This document shows positions 1-10,200 of a stretch of DNA of 64,000 nt, piece by piece. The position numbers and the translations under genes are program-made. The first letter of the stretch is position 1; each line of letters starts with the position of its first letter. The notes beneath the pieces are model-generated. The model saw only the letters and a list, made by a program, of their open reading frames with translations, did not search any database and had not been told where the DNA came from. Source of the DNA: a virus; the IMG/VR virus record IMGVR_UViG_3300047311_000323, positions 96,001-160,000 of that record; one strand, written 5' to 3'.

Positions 1-458
1 TCCAAAGTAGTGCCAACTGACTTCATAGCCTTTTCAGCCACTGGTTGGGAGTATAGCTTGAGCGGAGCGTGCTTATCGAAAACGCTCTCCAAAGCATTGG
101 CCAAAACCTGGTCACCTACATGATAGGCGTTGGCTTTGACGGCTTCGTCACGTTGATAAGTGGTAATTTCTGGCTCGACTGCTTCGCCAAGCTCATCTGA
201 TAACAACTCAGCAACCTTGGTGCCATGTTGATACAGCTTTCCGTAAAGAGACTTCAACTCTGCTTTACGAATGAAATTTGTGTTGTTGTCAACCATCTTA
301 TCGATAATTCTGGACATAGATCCAAGAGTTTTATCTTGAGGATAGACTTCAACGTATCGTGCTAGCTTAGCAGCTAAAATCGGAGTTGGGATTCTCTGAT
401 TTTCGTCCACTGCTTTTGCTAAGGAACCTACTAGTTGATGTATTTTATCAAAGCTCAT
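1..458 (-). CDS. hypothetical protein, 3'-truncated by window edge (MSFDKIHQLVGSLAKAVDENQRIP...)
   Basis: Hand-translated open frame from ATG at 458 to the window start with no stop; not in the ORF track. Confidence 0.75.
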   Translation of the reverse strand, partial: MSFDKIHQLVGSLAKAVDENQRIPTPILAAKLARYVEVYPQDKTLGSMSRIIDKMVDNNTNFIRKAELKSLYGKLYQHGTKVAELLSDELGEAVEPEITTYQRDEAVKANAYHVGDQVLANALESVFDKHAPLKLYSQPVAEKAMKSVGTTL

Positions 459-473
459 TGAATACCTATTCCG

Positions 474-944
474 TTAAACCAGTTCCGGGTATCGTCTAGA
501 TACCTCTAGTCTAGCTGTCTCACTTAGTTCACTCAATAAAGCCTTGACGAGCTTCTTGTTAGTGGCTAGTTTTTCTGGTAGGTACTGCTCGGCCTTGTGC
601 AACTCTGTACTTGGAATACCGAGTTTAGAAGATGCCAATCTTACAAGGGGGTCACCCTTGTAAGAAATTTGCAAGTCATGACCGTTCTTGGTCACGAATA
701 CTCCCCAGGGATTAGAAGAGGCGGTCTTTTCGACTTCAGCCTCATTATCATCATATAGAGCAACGATGTAATCACCATCATCTGCGCTTTGAATTTGCCA
801 CAGATCGGCACCCTTGTCGCCATCCTTGAATCTAACTACATCAAAAGCAACAGTTTCTAACTGATCTTTAACGTCAGCAAGACGATATGCCTTTTTTTGA
901 ATTTGGGCTAAACCTGAGTAATCGATACTAAATTTTGGCATCAT
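474..944 (-). CDS. hypothetical protein
   Basis: ORF 474-1019; ATG at 944 preferred because GGGAG SD precedes it. Confidence 0.7.
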   Translation of the reverse strand: MMPKFSIDYSGLAQIQKKAYRLADVKDQLETVAFDVVRFKDGDKGADLWQIQSADDGDYIVALYDDNEAEVEKTASSNPWGVFVTKNGHDLQISYKGDPLVRLASSKLGIPSTELHKAEQYLPEKLATNKKLVKALLSELSETARLEVSRRYPELV

Positions 945-1043
945 GTCTCCCGTTGTACAGAACGTACCCTTCTTAAATAGAGTAATATTGATACTAATTC
1001 TGCACTTTATTGGTAGCAAACCTACTACGTAGATTTCAGATTA

Positions 1044-1484
1044 TTACCACTTTTCATCGCGGGCATCACTCATTTTCTTGAGAATATCCTTGATCTTCTC
1101 ATCATTTTCGATGATCTTACGGATTTTCTTTCTGGCTCCACCATAAATCTTCTTACCATTCTTGTAATCAACGTTTCCATTGAGAGACTTGGTAATGGAG
1201 CTTTGGTTGACATTCAGCATCTTAGCTATCTCCATTTGAGTATAGCCGTCAGCGTAAAGTCTAATTACTTCTCTTTGTCTTGGGGTCAGTAGTGTGTCTA
1301 CGACTCTCCAAAACTCTTTCTTGAGCTGTTCCTCCAGCTCGATTAAGTCTTCATTATACTCGAAAGGATTCAATCTTGCAGAGATACTATCTTCGTTGCA
1401 AAATGCCTCCATCATGTCATTTGAACAAACTGTTTCGAGTAGCACCCACTGATATTTATCTGATCTGTTTTTTCTACGTTCCAT
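1044..1484 (-). CDS. sigma-70 region 4-like HTH protein (putative phage sigma/transcription factor)
   Basis: LTPRQREVIRLYADGYTQMEIAKMLNVNQSSI matches the sigma r4/LuxR-type HTH. Confidence 0.75.
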   Translation of the reverse strand: MERRKNRSDKYQWVLLETVCSNDMMEAFCNEDSISARLNPFEYNEDLIELEEQLKKEFWRVVDTLLTPRQREVIRLYADGYTQMEIAKMLNVNQSSITKSLNGNVDYKNGKKIYGGARKKIRKIIENDEKIKDILKKMSDARDEKW

Positions 1485-1518
1485 CTTTGACCCCTCTATA
1501 GATAACAACACAAACACA

Positions 1519-1526
1519 ATATATCA
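1519..1526 (-). promoter_or_regulatory. TGATATAT recurrent upstream motif (putative phage promoter)
   Basis: Copy of a motif recurring in intergenic gaps upstream of minus-strand genes. Confidence 0.4.
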
Positions 1527-1556
1527 ATAGAGGAAAGATGGAAATTTCAAGAAATT

Positions 1557-2333
1557 TCAATCCTTGACGCCAAAAGACAGCTCACCGTAATCACTAATTC
1601 CTCCCTTAGTGATGTATTCATCTATGTCTTTGAAGTCGTCTGATAAGTAAAAATTGCGAATATTGGCCATATGGCCAAACTTACTGATAATCCGTTTCCT
1701 CCCTTTTTGTCCCGAAAAATCATTATCCAATAACAAAAACATGTTATTCGAGTATCTGCTAATGACAGAAAATTGATAGGGAGTCATAGAAGAAGTGCCT
1801 AAAGCGACAATATTTCTAAACCCTATCTCCATTGCCTTTATAACATCGAACTGGCCTTCTACGATATAGACGCAACCTCGATCTAATATATGTTGCTTAT
1901 TTTCGTAAAGTCCAAATACTAGATTACCCTTTCGGAAATCTAAAGAGTCTTTAGTATTCTTATACTTGGAGATTTTCTTTTCTTGCTGTTCCTTATCGGA
2001 AAGCAGGGTACGCCCAACCAGACCCACCGGCTGTCCGTAGGGGTTACGGAAGGGCATTACCAGAGGATAGTCCTCAAAGTAGCAGGTGGGTATCTTTCGA
2101 GGGAAAAGAGAGTCCTCGATTTCTCTATTGTAGAACAACCCTTCTTTTTGCAGGGCTTCCTCTCCAACCAAATCAACCAAAGCAGACAAATCTTGAACGC
2201 CTGGGAAATACCCAAACCGGAACAAATCTTGGCTGGTTTCATTAAGTCTGGAATCGAGATAGGACTTACTTGCTTGCGCTCCTGGATAATTATTCAACAG
2301 GAAGCGACATGATTCAACTATCTTGTCTAGCAT
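1557..2333 (-). CDS. dnaG: DNA primase DnaG catalytic core (Toprim_N + TOPRIM), lacking the zinc-binding domain
   Basis: PFRN..G..VG..GR, KYKNT, YIVEGQFDVI, ALGT and LLLDNDFSGQKG motifs; no N-terminal CHC2 finger. Confidence 0.9.
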   Translation of the reverse strand: MLDKIVESCRFLLNNYPGAQASKSYLDSRLNETSQDLFRFGYFPGVQDLSALVDLVGEEALQKEGLFYNREIEDSLFPRKIPTCYFEDYPLVMPFRNPYGQPVGLVGRTLLSDKEQQEKKISKYKNTKDSLDFRKGNLVFGLYENKQHILDRGCVYIVEGQFDVIKAMEIGFRNIVALGTSSMTPYQFSVISRYSNNMFLLLDNDFSGQKGRKRIISKFGHMANIRNFYLSDDFKDIDEYITKGGISDYGELSFGVKD

Positions 2334-2681
2334 TTATACGTCTTTGTTAGCGGTTCGTAGTTTGTCCTTCAGCATCATTTTGAAGGGCTCGCTGAGGTGG
2401 TCGTGCACTTTATTGCACCCCGGACAGACTATATCATCGTTGACGACCTTCGGCTGAGCCTCTTTTCCACACTTTGTGCACTTGACCCCGAAAGCGACCG
2501 CTTGTTTTTGCCTAAATTGTTTGAGCGCCTTCATCTGAACTTTGACGAAGTGCGTGACGTTAGGCATCTCCTGATCGCACAAGCTACAGTAGACTTTATC
2601 GGTTTTTGGATCCAAATAGGGCTCCATTTGGTTTCCGGTTCCCTTACAACCTTTGTGTTGGCAAAACATTGCGAATGGCAT
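2334..2681 (-). CDS. zinc-ribbon protein
   Basis: Three Cys pairs (CSLC, CTKC, CPGC) plus CQHKGC. Confidence 0.65.
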   Translation of the reverse strand: MPFAMFCQHKGCKGTGNQMEPYLDPKTDKVYCSLCDQEMPNVTHFVKVQMKALKQFRQKQAVAFGVKCTKCGKEAQPKVVNDDIVCPGCNKVHDHLSEPFKMMLKDKLRTANKDV

Positions 2682-3613
2682 TATACTACCTCATCTAGAA
2701 GAACGCCAATCAATTTATCAGTGTTCTTTGGATATTCAACGTCTAGAATCACCCTATGGTCTCCAGCGCCGCTTACTCCGCAATGAGGTATAATTACCTC
2801 ATCACAGTTTCTAGACTGCGGTTTTACTAGAATTTCCTTGTCACCATTAATAGTCTTCACCGTATGCTTACAGCCACGTAAAGCATCCAATAGAGGAATG
2901 GTTATATGGCTGACAACACTTGTACCCTCAATATTCAATCCCGGCTCTTGAGTTACGTGTATATGACAGAACGCATCGGTATGTTGATCGGCTAGCCCCA
3001 TAAAGGAGCCGGCGTAATTTCCCATGCCCTGAAGGCGCAAAGTATTGTTATCAAGAATGCCCGCAGGCACAGACACGTGCACAGACACGTCTGCCTGTAA
3101 GGTTCCACCACCATGGCAAACGTCACATTCGGCCATATTGGCCTGCCCATAACATTCGTTACAGGTCGTCACCATAACCATATTACCCTGTCGATTGATA
3201 ACCTGGCCACGGCCGCCACACTTCTTACAACCGTTGTTGAGCTTGACATTGCCAGCTCCTCCACAGTTTTGGCACTTGCTTTGTCGAGAATACTTGATTT
3301 CTTTCTTGCAACCTAGGACAGATTCCTTGAAAGAGATGGTTAGATTCACTTCAACGTTTTCTAGTTGAATGACTTGTTGTCGATGGAATCCACCTTGATG
3401 ATAGGCAGACCGTCTGTCTTGTGGGTCAGTACTCTTACCAGTTTGTATGACCTGATTGGCTTCATTAATTTTCTTGAATCTATCCTCAGCGCCCGCTTCT
3501 TTATTTATGTCGGGGTGGTACTTTTTAGTAAGTTCGCGGTACTTCTTCTTGGCGTCCTCCGGGCTGGTGCCCTGAGGTATTTCCAGAGTTGCGTAGGCTT
3601 CCTTAAGATTCAT
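2681..3613 (-). CDS. dnaJ: DnaJ chaperone (J domain, Zn finger, C-terminal domain)
   Basis: YHPD J-domain motif; four CxxCxGxG-type repeats; no G/F-rich linker. Confidence 0.92.
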   Translation of the reverse strand: MNLKEAYATLEIPQGTSPEDAKKKYRELTKKYHPDINKEAGAEDRFKKINEANQVIQTGKSTDPQDRRSAYHQGGFHRQQVIQLENVEVNLTISFKESVLGCKKEIKYSRQSKCQNCGGAGNVKLNNGCKKCGGRGQVINRQGNMVMVTTCNECYGQANMAECDVCHGGGTLQADVSVHVSVPAGILDNNTLRLQGMGNYAGSFMGLADQHTDAFCHIHVTQEPGLNIEGTSVVSHITIPLLDALRGCKHTVKTINGDKEILVKPQSRNCDEVIIPHCGVSGAGDHRVILDVEYPKNTDKLIGVLLDEVV

Positions 3614-4170
3614 TTTTTCTTACCCTTGGGCTTCACTAAGCCCGCTAATGTACGAGCGTGATAAAGGGCGACTGCCACACCGTCGGCTTTGTCGTAACTT
3701 TCCACTTTTATTCCGCCCTTCTTATTGTACTCGTAGGGGAACGTAATTCCTAAATGTTGGGCGACAAGGGCCGGCATTTCTTCTTTTTTTGGTAAATCCT
3801 TGCCGGTCTTTAGGCCATGACGAATAGTCATTACACTATAAAGAGTTGGGGATTTGCCCAAATAGTCATAAGCAGTCAGACAAATCATTCTGTTAAATGT
3901 AGTTAACATAATGACGGTTTTGGCTGTGCTCTTACCCTTCATAAATTGAATGATCTCTTCAATTGCAATATAGTCGGGTTTGGCATCCACAATAACCTTT
4001 TGGACTTGATTTCTGGTACTTACTATTCTCTCAATAATAGTACCCTTCTTGGCCGGCTTAAGATATCCAGCTTTGACGAATGAGATGTCGTTAGTTGTTT
4101 CGTCCCAACTTAATATGCAATAGCCAATCGTAGTAGAAGAGGCATCGAAGCCAAGTATAGTTTTTACCAT
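3610..4170 (-). CDS. ruvC: RuvC-like Holliday junction resolvase
   Basis: ILGFDASSTTIGY, IAIEE and DKADGVAVA acidic catalytic motifs; ATG at 4170 preferred. Confidence 0.8.
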   Translation of the reverse strand: MVKTILGFDASSTTIGYCILSWDETTNDISFVKAGYLKPAKKGTIIERIVSTRNQVQKVIVDAKPDYIAIEEIIQFMKGKSTAKTVIMLTTFNRMICLTAYDYLGKSPTLYSVMTIRHGLKTGKDLPKKEEMPALVAQHLGITFPYEYNKKGGIKVESYDKADGVAVALYHARTLAGLVKPKGKKK

Positions 4171-4189
4171 ACTTGGTAATATAACAAAC

Positions 4190-4228
4190 AAAAAAGAAAA
4201 GCCCACAACGGGGGAGTTGTGAGCTTTT
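4190..4228 (-). terminator. Rho-independent terminator downstream of the SSB gene
   Basis: AAAAGCTCACAAC-TCCCCC-GTTGTGGGCTTTT hairpin followed by a T-tract on the minus strand. Confidence 0.7.
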
Positions 4229-4253
4229 CAGTACTATCTAGGGAGTGATAGAC

Positions 4254-4985
4254 TTAGGACTGAGGTGCTTGTCCGTCTTCATAAGAAGGGAACGAGTTCT
4301 CTAGCTCTTCATCATCAGTCATGCTGACGGCTGGAGCGGCAGCCTTGGTGCTCTTCTTTGCAGCGGCAGCAGGAGCTGGTACTGTGGCAGGTGTTGCACC
4401 GGTGGTCGTTACACCATTAATCTTGTCCAATCTAGCCTGTACTTTCTCAGGGGTTGGTGGAGTGACTCTGCGCTTCAGGTCATCAAAATCAATGCTGTCC
4501 TTAATTACTTGATCAGCAGCCGATAGTGGCTCTTTTGGTAGGGCTTGGACACTGTAGTATCCGGTAGCTCCGCCGTTCTTATCAACTTCAACGTTGATGT
4601 CATACTTGGTAGGATCACCAAATCTTGCGTTCTTGTTGTACTTTCTAATCTGTGAGAACACAGCGAAAGAGATGTCAAGAATCTTGTAAGTGTTGGTCTT
4701 ACGGGAAATTACTCCGAGCAACCAACGTGGCTTGGCTTTGTCGCCAGTGGCGCAGAGTGGGCAGCTTCCGTGAATTGCGGAACACTGAACCTTCTGTCCG
4801 AAACCCGTGTCGCCGTCTTTCTTGTACTTATGAACCAAGTACTGGTGTGGCTGGGTCAAGAGCCTGATCTCATTTGGACCCTCATCTAAACGAAGAAAGA
4901 GGTCTTTGCTGTTTGTTTGTTTCTTGTTATCACCTGGAAAAACGTCTGAATTCCAGTCTACTTCACCGAATGTATTCGTTGTCAT
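4254..4985 (-). CDS. single-stranded DNA-binding protein (gp32-like)
   Basis: FLRLDEG.NEIRLL, HKY, CSAIHGSCPLC, aromatic OB-fold residues, Ala-rich linker and acidic tail; sits between ruvC and recA. Confidence 0.7.
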   Translation of the reverse strand: MTTNTFGEVDWNSDVFPGDNKKQTNSKDLFLRLDEGPNEIRLLTQPHQYLVHKYKKDGDTGFGQKVQCSAIHGSCPLCATGDKAKPRWLLGVISRKTNTYKILDISFAVFSQIRKYNKNARFGDPTKYDINVEVDKNGGATGYYSVQALPKEPLSAADQVIKDSIDFDDLKRRVTPPTPEKVQARLDKINGVTTTGATPATVPAPAAAAKKSTKAAAPAVSMTDDEELENSFPSYEDGQAPQS

Positions 4986-5067
4986 ATTGATCTCCTACTG
5001 TTATCTCTTTTGTACATTACTAGTACGTTATCTACTTAACAAAACCATCGATCGTATATCTATCACA

Positions 5068-5367
5068 TTAGTGTGTAAATCGTACGTAACGAGTGCGGGC
5101 GTGGTCAGTGGTGCGGTTGAATCTTACTCCGATACCCCTGCTTCGTAGTCTATTGGCTACTCTGTTAATTACCACTCTGAGAGCACCTGGGGAGCCGGGT
5201 AGAATTCCTCTTTGACGCCTGCTAGAAACTCTGTTCAAAGCAGTCATCAAATTTGTCATCGTTCCGATCCACTTGCTGCCAGATTGGTTGCTTACTATCG
5301 TATTTACTTTCGTGAACACTAAATCGTTCACATTGATTTCTCCTGTCATCTCATTACTCACTTTCAT
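5068..5367 (-). CDS. hypothetical basic protein
   Basis: ORF in operon-like run; Arg-rich. Confidence 0.6.
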   Translation of the reverse strand: MKVSNEMTGEINVNDLVFTKVNTIVSNQSGSKWIGTMTNLMTALNRVSSRRQRGILPGSPGALRVVINRVANRLRSRGIGVRFNRTTDHARTRYVRFTH

Positions 5368-5379
5368 ATTCGTAATATC

Positions 5380-5730
5380 TTACTTGGTTTCTTTACCTGG
5401 GTTATTCACAGTCTTTACTGCATTGAAGACTAAACTTCTAATGCTATAAACTCTGTGCAGTGGGAACAACATCTCTAATATAAGTTCTTTAGAGGTGCTT
5501 GTCAAGATATCGGAAAAACCTTTGATAATTTCATCATCGTCCTTATCACAGAAAATTCCTTTAACTTGGATAAAACCATTTTCTGATAGAGGCTTATCCA
5601 AAGAAATAAATCTCTGAAAATTACGAGTCTTCCCCGTAACACCATCATCTAATGTAACTAGGAATGGTGGCTTTTTAAGGGATGGCGCAATGGCCATTGT
5701 CAGACTGTTTGGGCCCAAATCAATTGGCAT
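5380..5730 (-). CDS. hypothetical protein
   Basis: ORF abutting recA. Confidence 0.6.
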   Translation of the reverse strand: MPIDLGPNSLTMAIAPSLKKPPFLVTLDDGVTGKTRNFQRFISLDKPLSENGFIQVKGIFCDKDDDEIIKGFSDILTSTSKELILEMLFPLHRVYSIRSLVFNAVKTVNNPGKETK

Positions 5731-5733
5731 GGT

Positions 5734-6957
5734 TTACTTACCTTTCTTCCGTTTCTTTACTTCTGTTGTATCATCGCCAGCATCGTCTACTATTGGAGCC
5801 AGAACAGCGGCTTTCTTTGCCTCTTGTTCTCTTCTAGCAGAATCTCTCTTGGCATCACGAGCCTCACCAATCTTTACGGTGAGTTCGGCAGCCAAGGCTG
5901 GGTCATCTTTGAGAGCTTCACAGAACTTTGGAAATCCAACCCACTTCTTGTCACCATATTCATGGGACACTGTGGAGGTCTTGACGACCACGTTGTAGTC
6001 CAAAGCTAATTGTGCAACTTCTTCGTGCTTGTCTATAACACCGATACCGAAGTTTACTTTGAATTCGCACTTACGTGGGTAAGGGCCGAACTTCGACTTT
6101 TCAATGGTTGCTCGCATCGTATGACCGATCTTTTGCTCTTTTTCATCCAAGATTTGTGCATCAGCACGAGCCACCGCTTCAAAGTAAACGTTGGCACTCA
6201 AGAAGTGAGCGTAAGTATTTCCACCGGAGAACGAGTGATCAACCCCATAAGGATCCATATTAGCTTTCTTGTGGTTGATGAAAATGAAGGGCACTTGCGC
6301 TCTGTTTGCATCAAGAGAAAGCTTACGGAAAGTAGTAGTTAAGAATCTGGCTAACAAAGCCATGTTCATCTTTCCAACAGCCGAAACATCTTCGCCTGGT
6401 GGAATAATGGCGCCTAGTGAATCCAATACAACCATGTTGATATTGAAGTCGCCAGCCATAATCATATCAAGTAATCCTTGCTTAGTCTTACCGACTAGCA
6501 AATGAGTCTTCTTGTCTTCCTTGGGAACACCAAGAATCATTTCGAAACAGCTACGACCAATAACGGCCGTCTCACCATCAACGACAATGATACGGGAAAC
6601 ATCCAAGCCCAAAATCTCTGCCCACTTAGCATCGAAGGTTCCTTCGGCATCAATGAACATCTGTTGGGTGCCAGGCTCAGCTTGCTGAGCTTCTTTGATA
6701 GCCAACATGGCCATGAGCGTCTTGCCGCTACCAGGAGCGCCGTAGAACTGAATCAATCTGCCTTTAGGTAGTCCTCCAGATGATAAAGCATCATCGAGAA
6801 CTAAAGAGCCAGATGGAGTTACCGGCAGCTTCTCTCCCATGGTTTCATGGGCAAGTCTGAAATCTAATTGTTCGTCGGCCTTAGCAAAACTTTGGAAAAA
6901 TGCGGTTAGCTTATCTGACTTCTTTTTCTTATCATCTGACATTTTATCTCCTATCAA
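5734..6957 (-). CDS. recA: RecA/UvsX recombinase
   Basis: GGLPKGR, Walker A GAPGSGKT, FIDAE, VVLDSLGA, FINH and IEKSKFGP. Confidence 0.95.
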   Translation of the reverse strand: MIGDKMSDDKKKKSDKLTAFFQSFAKADEQLDFRLAHETMGEKLPVTPSGSLVLDDALSSGGLPKGRLIQFYGAPGSGKTLMAMLAIKEAQQAEPGTQQMFIDAEGTFDAKWAEILGLDVSRIIVVDGETAVIGRSCFEMILGVPKEDKKTHLLVGKTKQGLLDMIMAGDFNINMVVLDSLGAIIPPGEDVSAVGKMNMALLARFLTTTFRKLSLDANRAQVPFIFINHKKANMDPYGVDHSFSGGNTYAHFLSANVYFEAVARADAQILDEKEQKIGHTMRATIEKSKFGPYPRKCEFKVNFGIGVIDKHEEVAQLALDYNVVVKTSTVSHEYGDKKWVGFPKFCEALKDDPALAAELTVKIGEARDAKRDSARREQEAKKAAVLAPIVDDAGDDTTEVKKRKKGK

Positions 6958-7460
6958 TCGTAGCCTTCGCCCGCATTGCTGGTCCCTGAACTATAACCGA
7001 GGATCGTCTTTCGCAGGCCCGCCGCAATGTCTTTAAAATGGTGGTGGGACTTGACTAAAATCTCGTATTTTCGTTCGAGGACGATCTTTGCGCCCTTGGC
7101 TTCCGCTAATTTGATTTGTACTTTTTCGACTTCAGGCGATGACTCTCCCGCCCATTTTTTCATGTCCACTGTCGTTCGAGCCCCATCGGGTGCTGCATAT
7201 TCTAAGGACACTTTATTCTTCGTACTGTTTACTTGCGATTCTAGATAACCTACTGTCTTTACAATCTTTGAAAGGTAACCGACTATAATGTCCGCACCTC
7301 TTAGAGATTGTTGCTGCAATAATTCAGCATGAGCCAAATCAATTGCGTCTATATCTCGTAGCTGTTCTAATACTTCCTGTATTTCGGTGAGGTCGAAATC
7401 TTTGAAATCTTCCTCTAAATTAGAACCTAAAACATCGCCTAGTCTTACTGTTTGGCTCAT
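6954..7460 (-). CDS. coiled-coil protein, possibly a UvsY-like recombination mediator
   Basis: Helical/coiled-coil sequence overlapping the recA start; function inferred only from context. Confidence 0.4.
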   Translation of the reverse strand: MSQTVRLGDVLGSNLEEDFKDFDLTEIQEVLEQLRDIDAIDLAHAELLQQQSLRGADIIVGYLSKIVKTVGYLESQVNSTKNKVSLEYAAPDGARTTVDMKKWAGESSPEVEKVQIKLAEAKGAKIVLERKYEILVKSHHHFKDIAAGLRKTILGYSSGTSNAGEGYD

Positions 7461-7513
7461 GTTTGTCTTTCTCCTGTAATATTGAATTAAACGAACTTTT
7501 TCTCGACAAATGG

Positions 7514-7816
7514 TTATTTGGAAGCCTTATTATTTTTCTTTAGTTCGGCCACCACTTCATCTATCTGTTGATGCATTAATCGCAGGTGTTGGTGCTGCAT
7601 TACTGCCATTAGAAATAGGAATACTTCCAAGCTGGTCCTTCGTTTAGAAGGTGGCTTTAGGAAGATAATAATACCGTCATCATTGGCCTCAAAAAGGTCT
7701 ATGAATAGGTCTTCGCCTTTACCCGTCATGTCGGTGTATGACTTGACGATTTTATTGTACATATCGTACTCGTCATCCGTCATTTCCACTTTCTTATTGT
7801 CAATGACTCTAATCAT
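7514..7816 (-). CDS. hypothetical protein
   Basis: ORF in operon-like run. Confidence 0.65.
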   Translation of the reverse strand: MIRVIDNKKVEMTDDEYDMYNKIVKSYTDMTGKGEDLFIDLFEANDDGIIIFLKPPSKRRTSLEVFLFLMAVMQHQHLRLMHQQIDEVVAELKKNNKASK

Positions 7817-7819
7817 GGC

Positions 7820-8665
7820 TTACCCTCTTGAGAAACTGCCTTTACCTGAGCCCAATCTCTTGGATGCTCCTTGAGCTTTTGCTTGCATGTTGACAAGCGC
7901 TCTCATATCCTTCTCATTAGCTCCGGCCGGGCCGTTACCCTTTTTCATGTTGGCCATGGCCAGAACAGCAGGCGGAATTTCGTCATCGTCACCATCGGCC
8001 ATAGAAGAAACTGGCAATCCCGAAGCAACTATATCACCGCTACCAATGACGGACTGGAATTCGGCAACAGCTTCAGGATCGGCTTCTGCCATTGATTCTT
8101 TGCTCATCATAGATGCCACACCACCTTCTTTGTTGGACATGGCTGCCGCGACTTCTCTTTTGACTTTTTCTGCAACTGCCCTAAGATCTTTAGTTTTGTC
8201 GGCGACACTTTTAGGGTCACCGTCCACGGCTTTCTCTTGCTTTAGCATATTGTTCGCACGATCATGGAACGTTTGGGTCCTATCATCAGTTGCCATCTTT
8301 TCAACAACAACATCCTGCTCAACTACCTTACCATCTTCATCAAGAGTCTTAATCCTCATAACGGACTTCTTCTTTTCTTGGAACTCTTCATCATCAAGAA
8401 CTTTGCGCATCTCTTTGATGGCTTCCTTAGGAAGATAGGCTTTGAGATCTGGAGAATCTGTTTTGATGTAGTTGTGGTTAGATAGCAGCCAGTCATCGAG
8501 TTGTTCTTGGTATTTCTGCATATCACCCATAGCAACAGCTAAATTGGCGAGGCAATTCTTAAGATGCTCTTCCATAATCTGTTTACCACAGAAGGGACAC
8601 ACATTAATTTCTATGGCGTGGGTCCATTTTGGATTGATTTCTGTTTCACAAGATACGCATTTCAT
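7820..8665 (-). CDS. hypothetical protein with N-terminal Zn ribbon
   Basis: MKCVSC...CPFC followed by a low-complexity tail. Confidence 0.65.
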   Translation of the reverse strand: MKCVSCETEINPKWTHAIEINVCPFCGKQIMEEHLKNCLANLAVAMGDMQKYQEQLDDWLLSNHNYIKTDSPDLKAYLPKEAIKEMRKVLDDEEFQEKKKSVMRIKTLDEDGKVVEQDVVVEKMATDDRTQTFHDRANNMLKQEKAVDGDPKSVADKTKDLRAVAEKVKREVAAAMSNKEGGVASMMSKESMAEADPEAVAEFQSVIGSGDIVASGLPVSSMADGDDDEIPPAVLAMANMKKGNGPAGANEKDMRALVNMQAKAQGASKRLGSGKGSFSRG

Positions 8666-8667
8666 GT

Positions 8668-9123
8668 TTAGATCACCCTTCTAAAACTTCTCAAGGATCT
8701 GGTTTGAATAGATCCGTCCGCACCTGCCGTCTTGACAAGATCACTTTCTTGAGTGATAACGGATTGGGCACGTGCTTGCTTATATCTAGCCCATTTGACC
8801 TCTTGCGGTAAAGAAGATTCATCTACAGCAATACAGCCTTCAATTTCTTTGGCTGTCTCCTGAATCTTTTCTGCCAATTCCTCGCTAAGAGCTTTCACAT
8901 ATTCTCTGTGTCTGTAGACGGAGACGGGGTTATTAGCTTCCCCATTGAGAGGAATTAGCCCCAATGAATTGATTAGTGCTTCATCTCTGGTAACCAATGC
9001 ATGCTCATACAATCCCTTCAAACGAAGTTCGAGGGGCGTAGGAGGATACTTTTCGTCATCCCCATTGGCTAGGTCACGAATACTTCCTCTATCTGATTGC
9101 TGCTGAACACGTCTAATTGGCAT
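8668..9123 (-). CDS. hypothetical protein
   Basis: ORF in operon-like run. Confidence 0.65.
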   Translation of the reverse strand: MPIRRVQQQSDRGSIRDLANGDDEKYPPTPLELRLKGLYEHALVTRDEALINSLGLIPLNGEANNPVSVYRHREYVKALSEELAEKIQETAKEIEGCIAVDESSLPQEVKWARYKQARAQSVITQESDLVKTAGADGSIQTRSLRSFRRVI

Positions 9124-9130
9124 TTATACC

Positions 9131-10198
9131 TTATTTCTTAGTTCTTCTAAAAGAGCCCTTGAATTTGTTTTCTGCAATTGCGTCTTTAGTAGGAGCATAT
9201 CTATTGATTACTCTTTCAAGAGCATCAAAATTATTATCATGCCAATTTAGCATTTGACTGATTTGTTCTTCACGAGCCTTATCATTTGCTTCGCAAAAGC
9301 CCTTATCTATCATCAATTGAGTTAGTTTGGTGGCGCGCTCAGTCTTGAGCTTTAGTTCTGCCTGAAATTCAGGAGTAGCTTCTTTGGCCGCCTTGGCTTG
9401 AGCCTTCTTTGTAGAGGCAAGGTCATGCAAACTACGACCAGGTGGACGGTTTGTTGGGGCACGCTCTTTACGATCGGATTCAACCTTCAAAGTGGATGGG
9501 CCTTCTTTTACTGGCTCCGTGTTAGCCACTCTATGAACTCTTGGACCAGGGCCTCTTACTGTCTTACCTTTGTTTAGCTTCCTCTTACCGGTTTTGATTC
9601 CAGCAGGCTTGACATCACCGAGTTTCTTACTGAGGTCTGTCATAAACTCTCTTAGCTCTTGAATAGCATCGCCTGGTTCAAACTTGGTTGGCTTATCGTC
9701 AATCATGCGAATCTCACGCTTTTCAGCCTCAGGAGCAATTTGATCTACCTTCTGAGCAATATGATCAATTGGTTCTTCGGTAAAATCTTCGACTCTTCCT
9801 AGATTAGGAATTCTAGACAAATCGGTAAGCTCCATGAACTTATCCTTAGTCAGTTGCAAATCTTTGAGAGTTCCTCTAGTCTTGTTGAACTTTTGTTGAA
9901 CCCAAGATAGGTCGTAATCTTCATCGAAATCTTTTTCATGTTTATCATCAAAGAAGGCTTCTAATCCTTTTAGGAATTCAGCTTTGTCTTTGGCACCTGG
10001 CACTGCTTCAGGATCTAATCCTTGAACAACAAGTAGGTGTCTCATTATAGAATTGATTGGGGCTAGGACTGTGCTAACTGCTGTGATACCACCGTCAACA
10101 TACTTCTTAAGTAGATCAGGATTTTCACTCAGAAAAGACTTAAGTAGTCTATCGGTTTCTTTTTGGAACAAGCTAGAAAGGCGATTGTGTAGTTGCAT
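9131..10198 (-). CDS. hypothetical protein
   Basis: 355-aa ORF, Lys-rich. Confidence 0.7.
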   Translation of the reverse strand: MQLHNRLSSLFQKETDRLLKSFLSENPDLLKKYVDGGITAVSTVLAPINSIMRHLLVVQGLDPEAVPGAKDKAEFLKGLEAFFDDKHEKDFDEDYDLSWVQQKFNKTRGTLKDLQLTKDKFMELTDLSRIPNLGRVEDFTEEPIDHIAQKVDQIAPEAEKREIRMIDDKPTKFEPGDAIQELREFMTDLSKKLGDVKPAGIKTGKRKLNKGKTVRGPGPRVHRVANTEPVKEGPSTLKVESDRKERAPTNRPPGRSLHDLASTKKAQAKAAKEATPEFQAELKLKTERATKLTQLMIDKGFCEANDKAREEQISQMLNWHDNNFDALERVINRYAPTKDAIAENKFKGSFRRTKK

Positions 10199-10200
10199 GG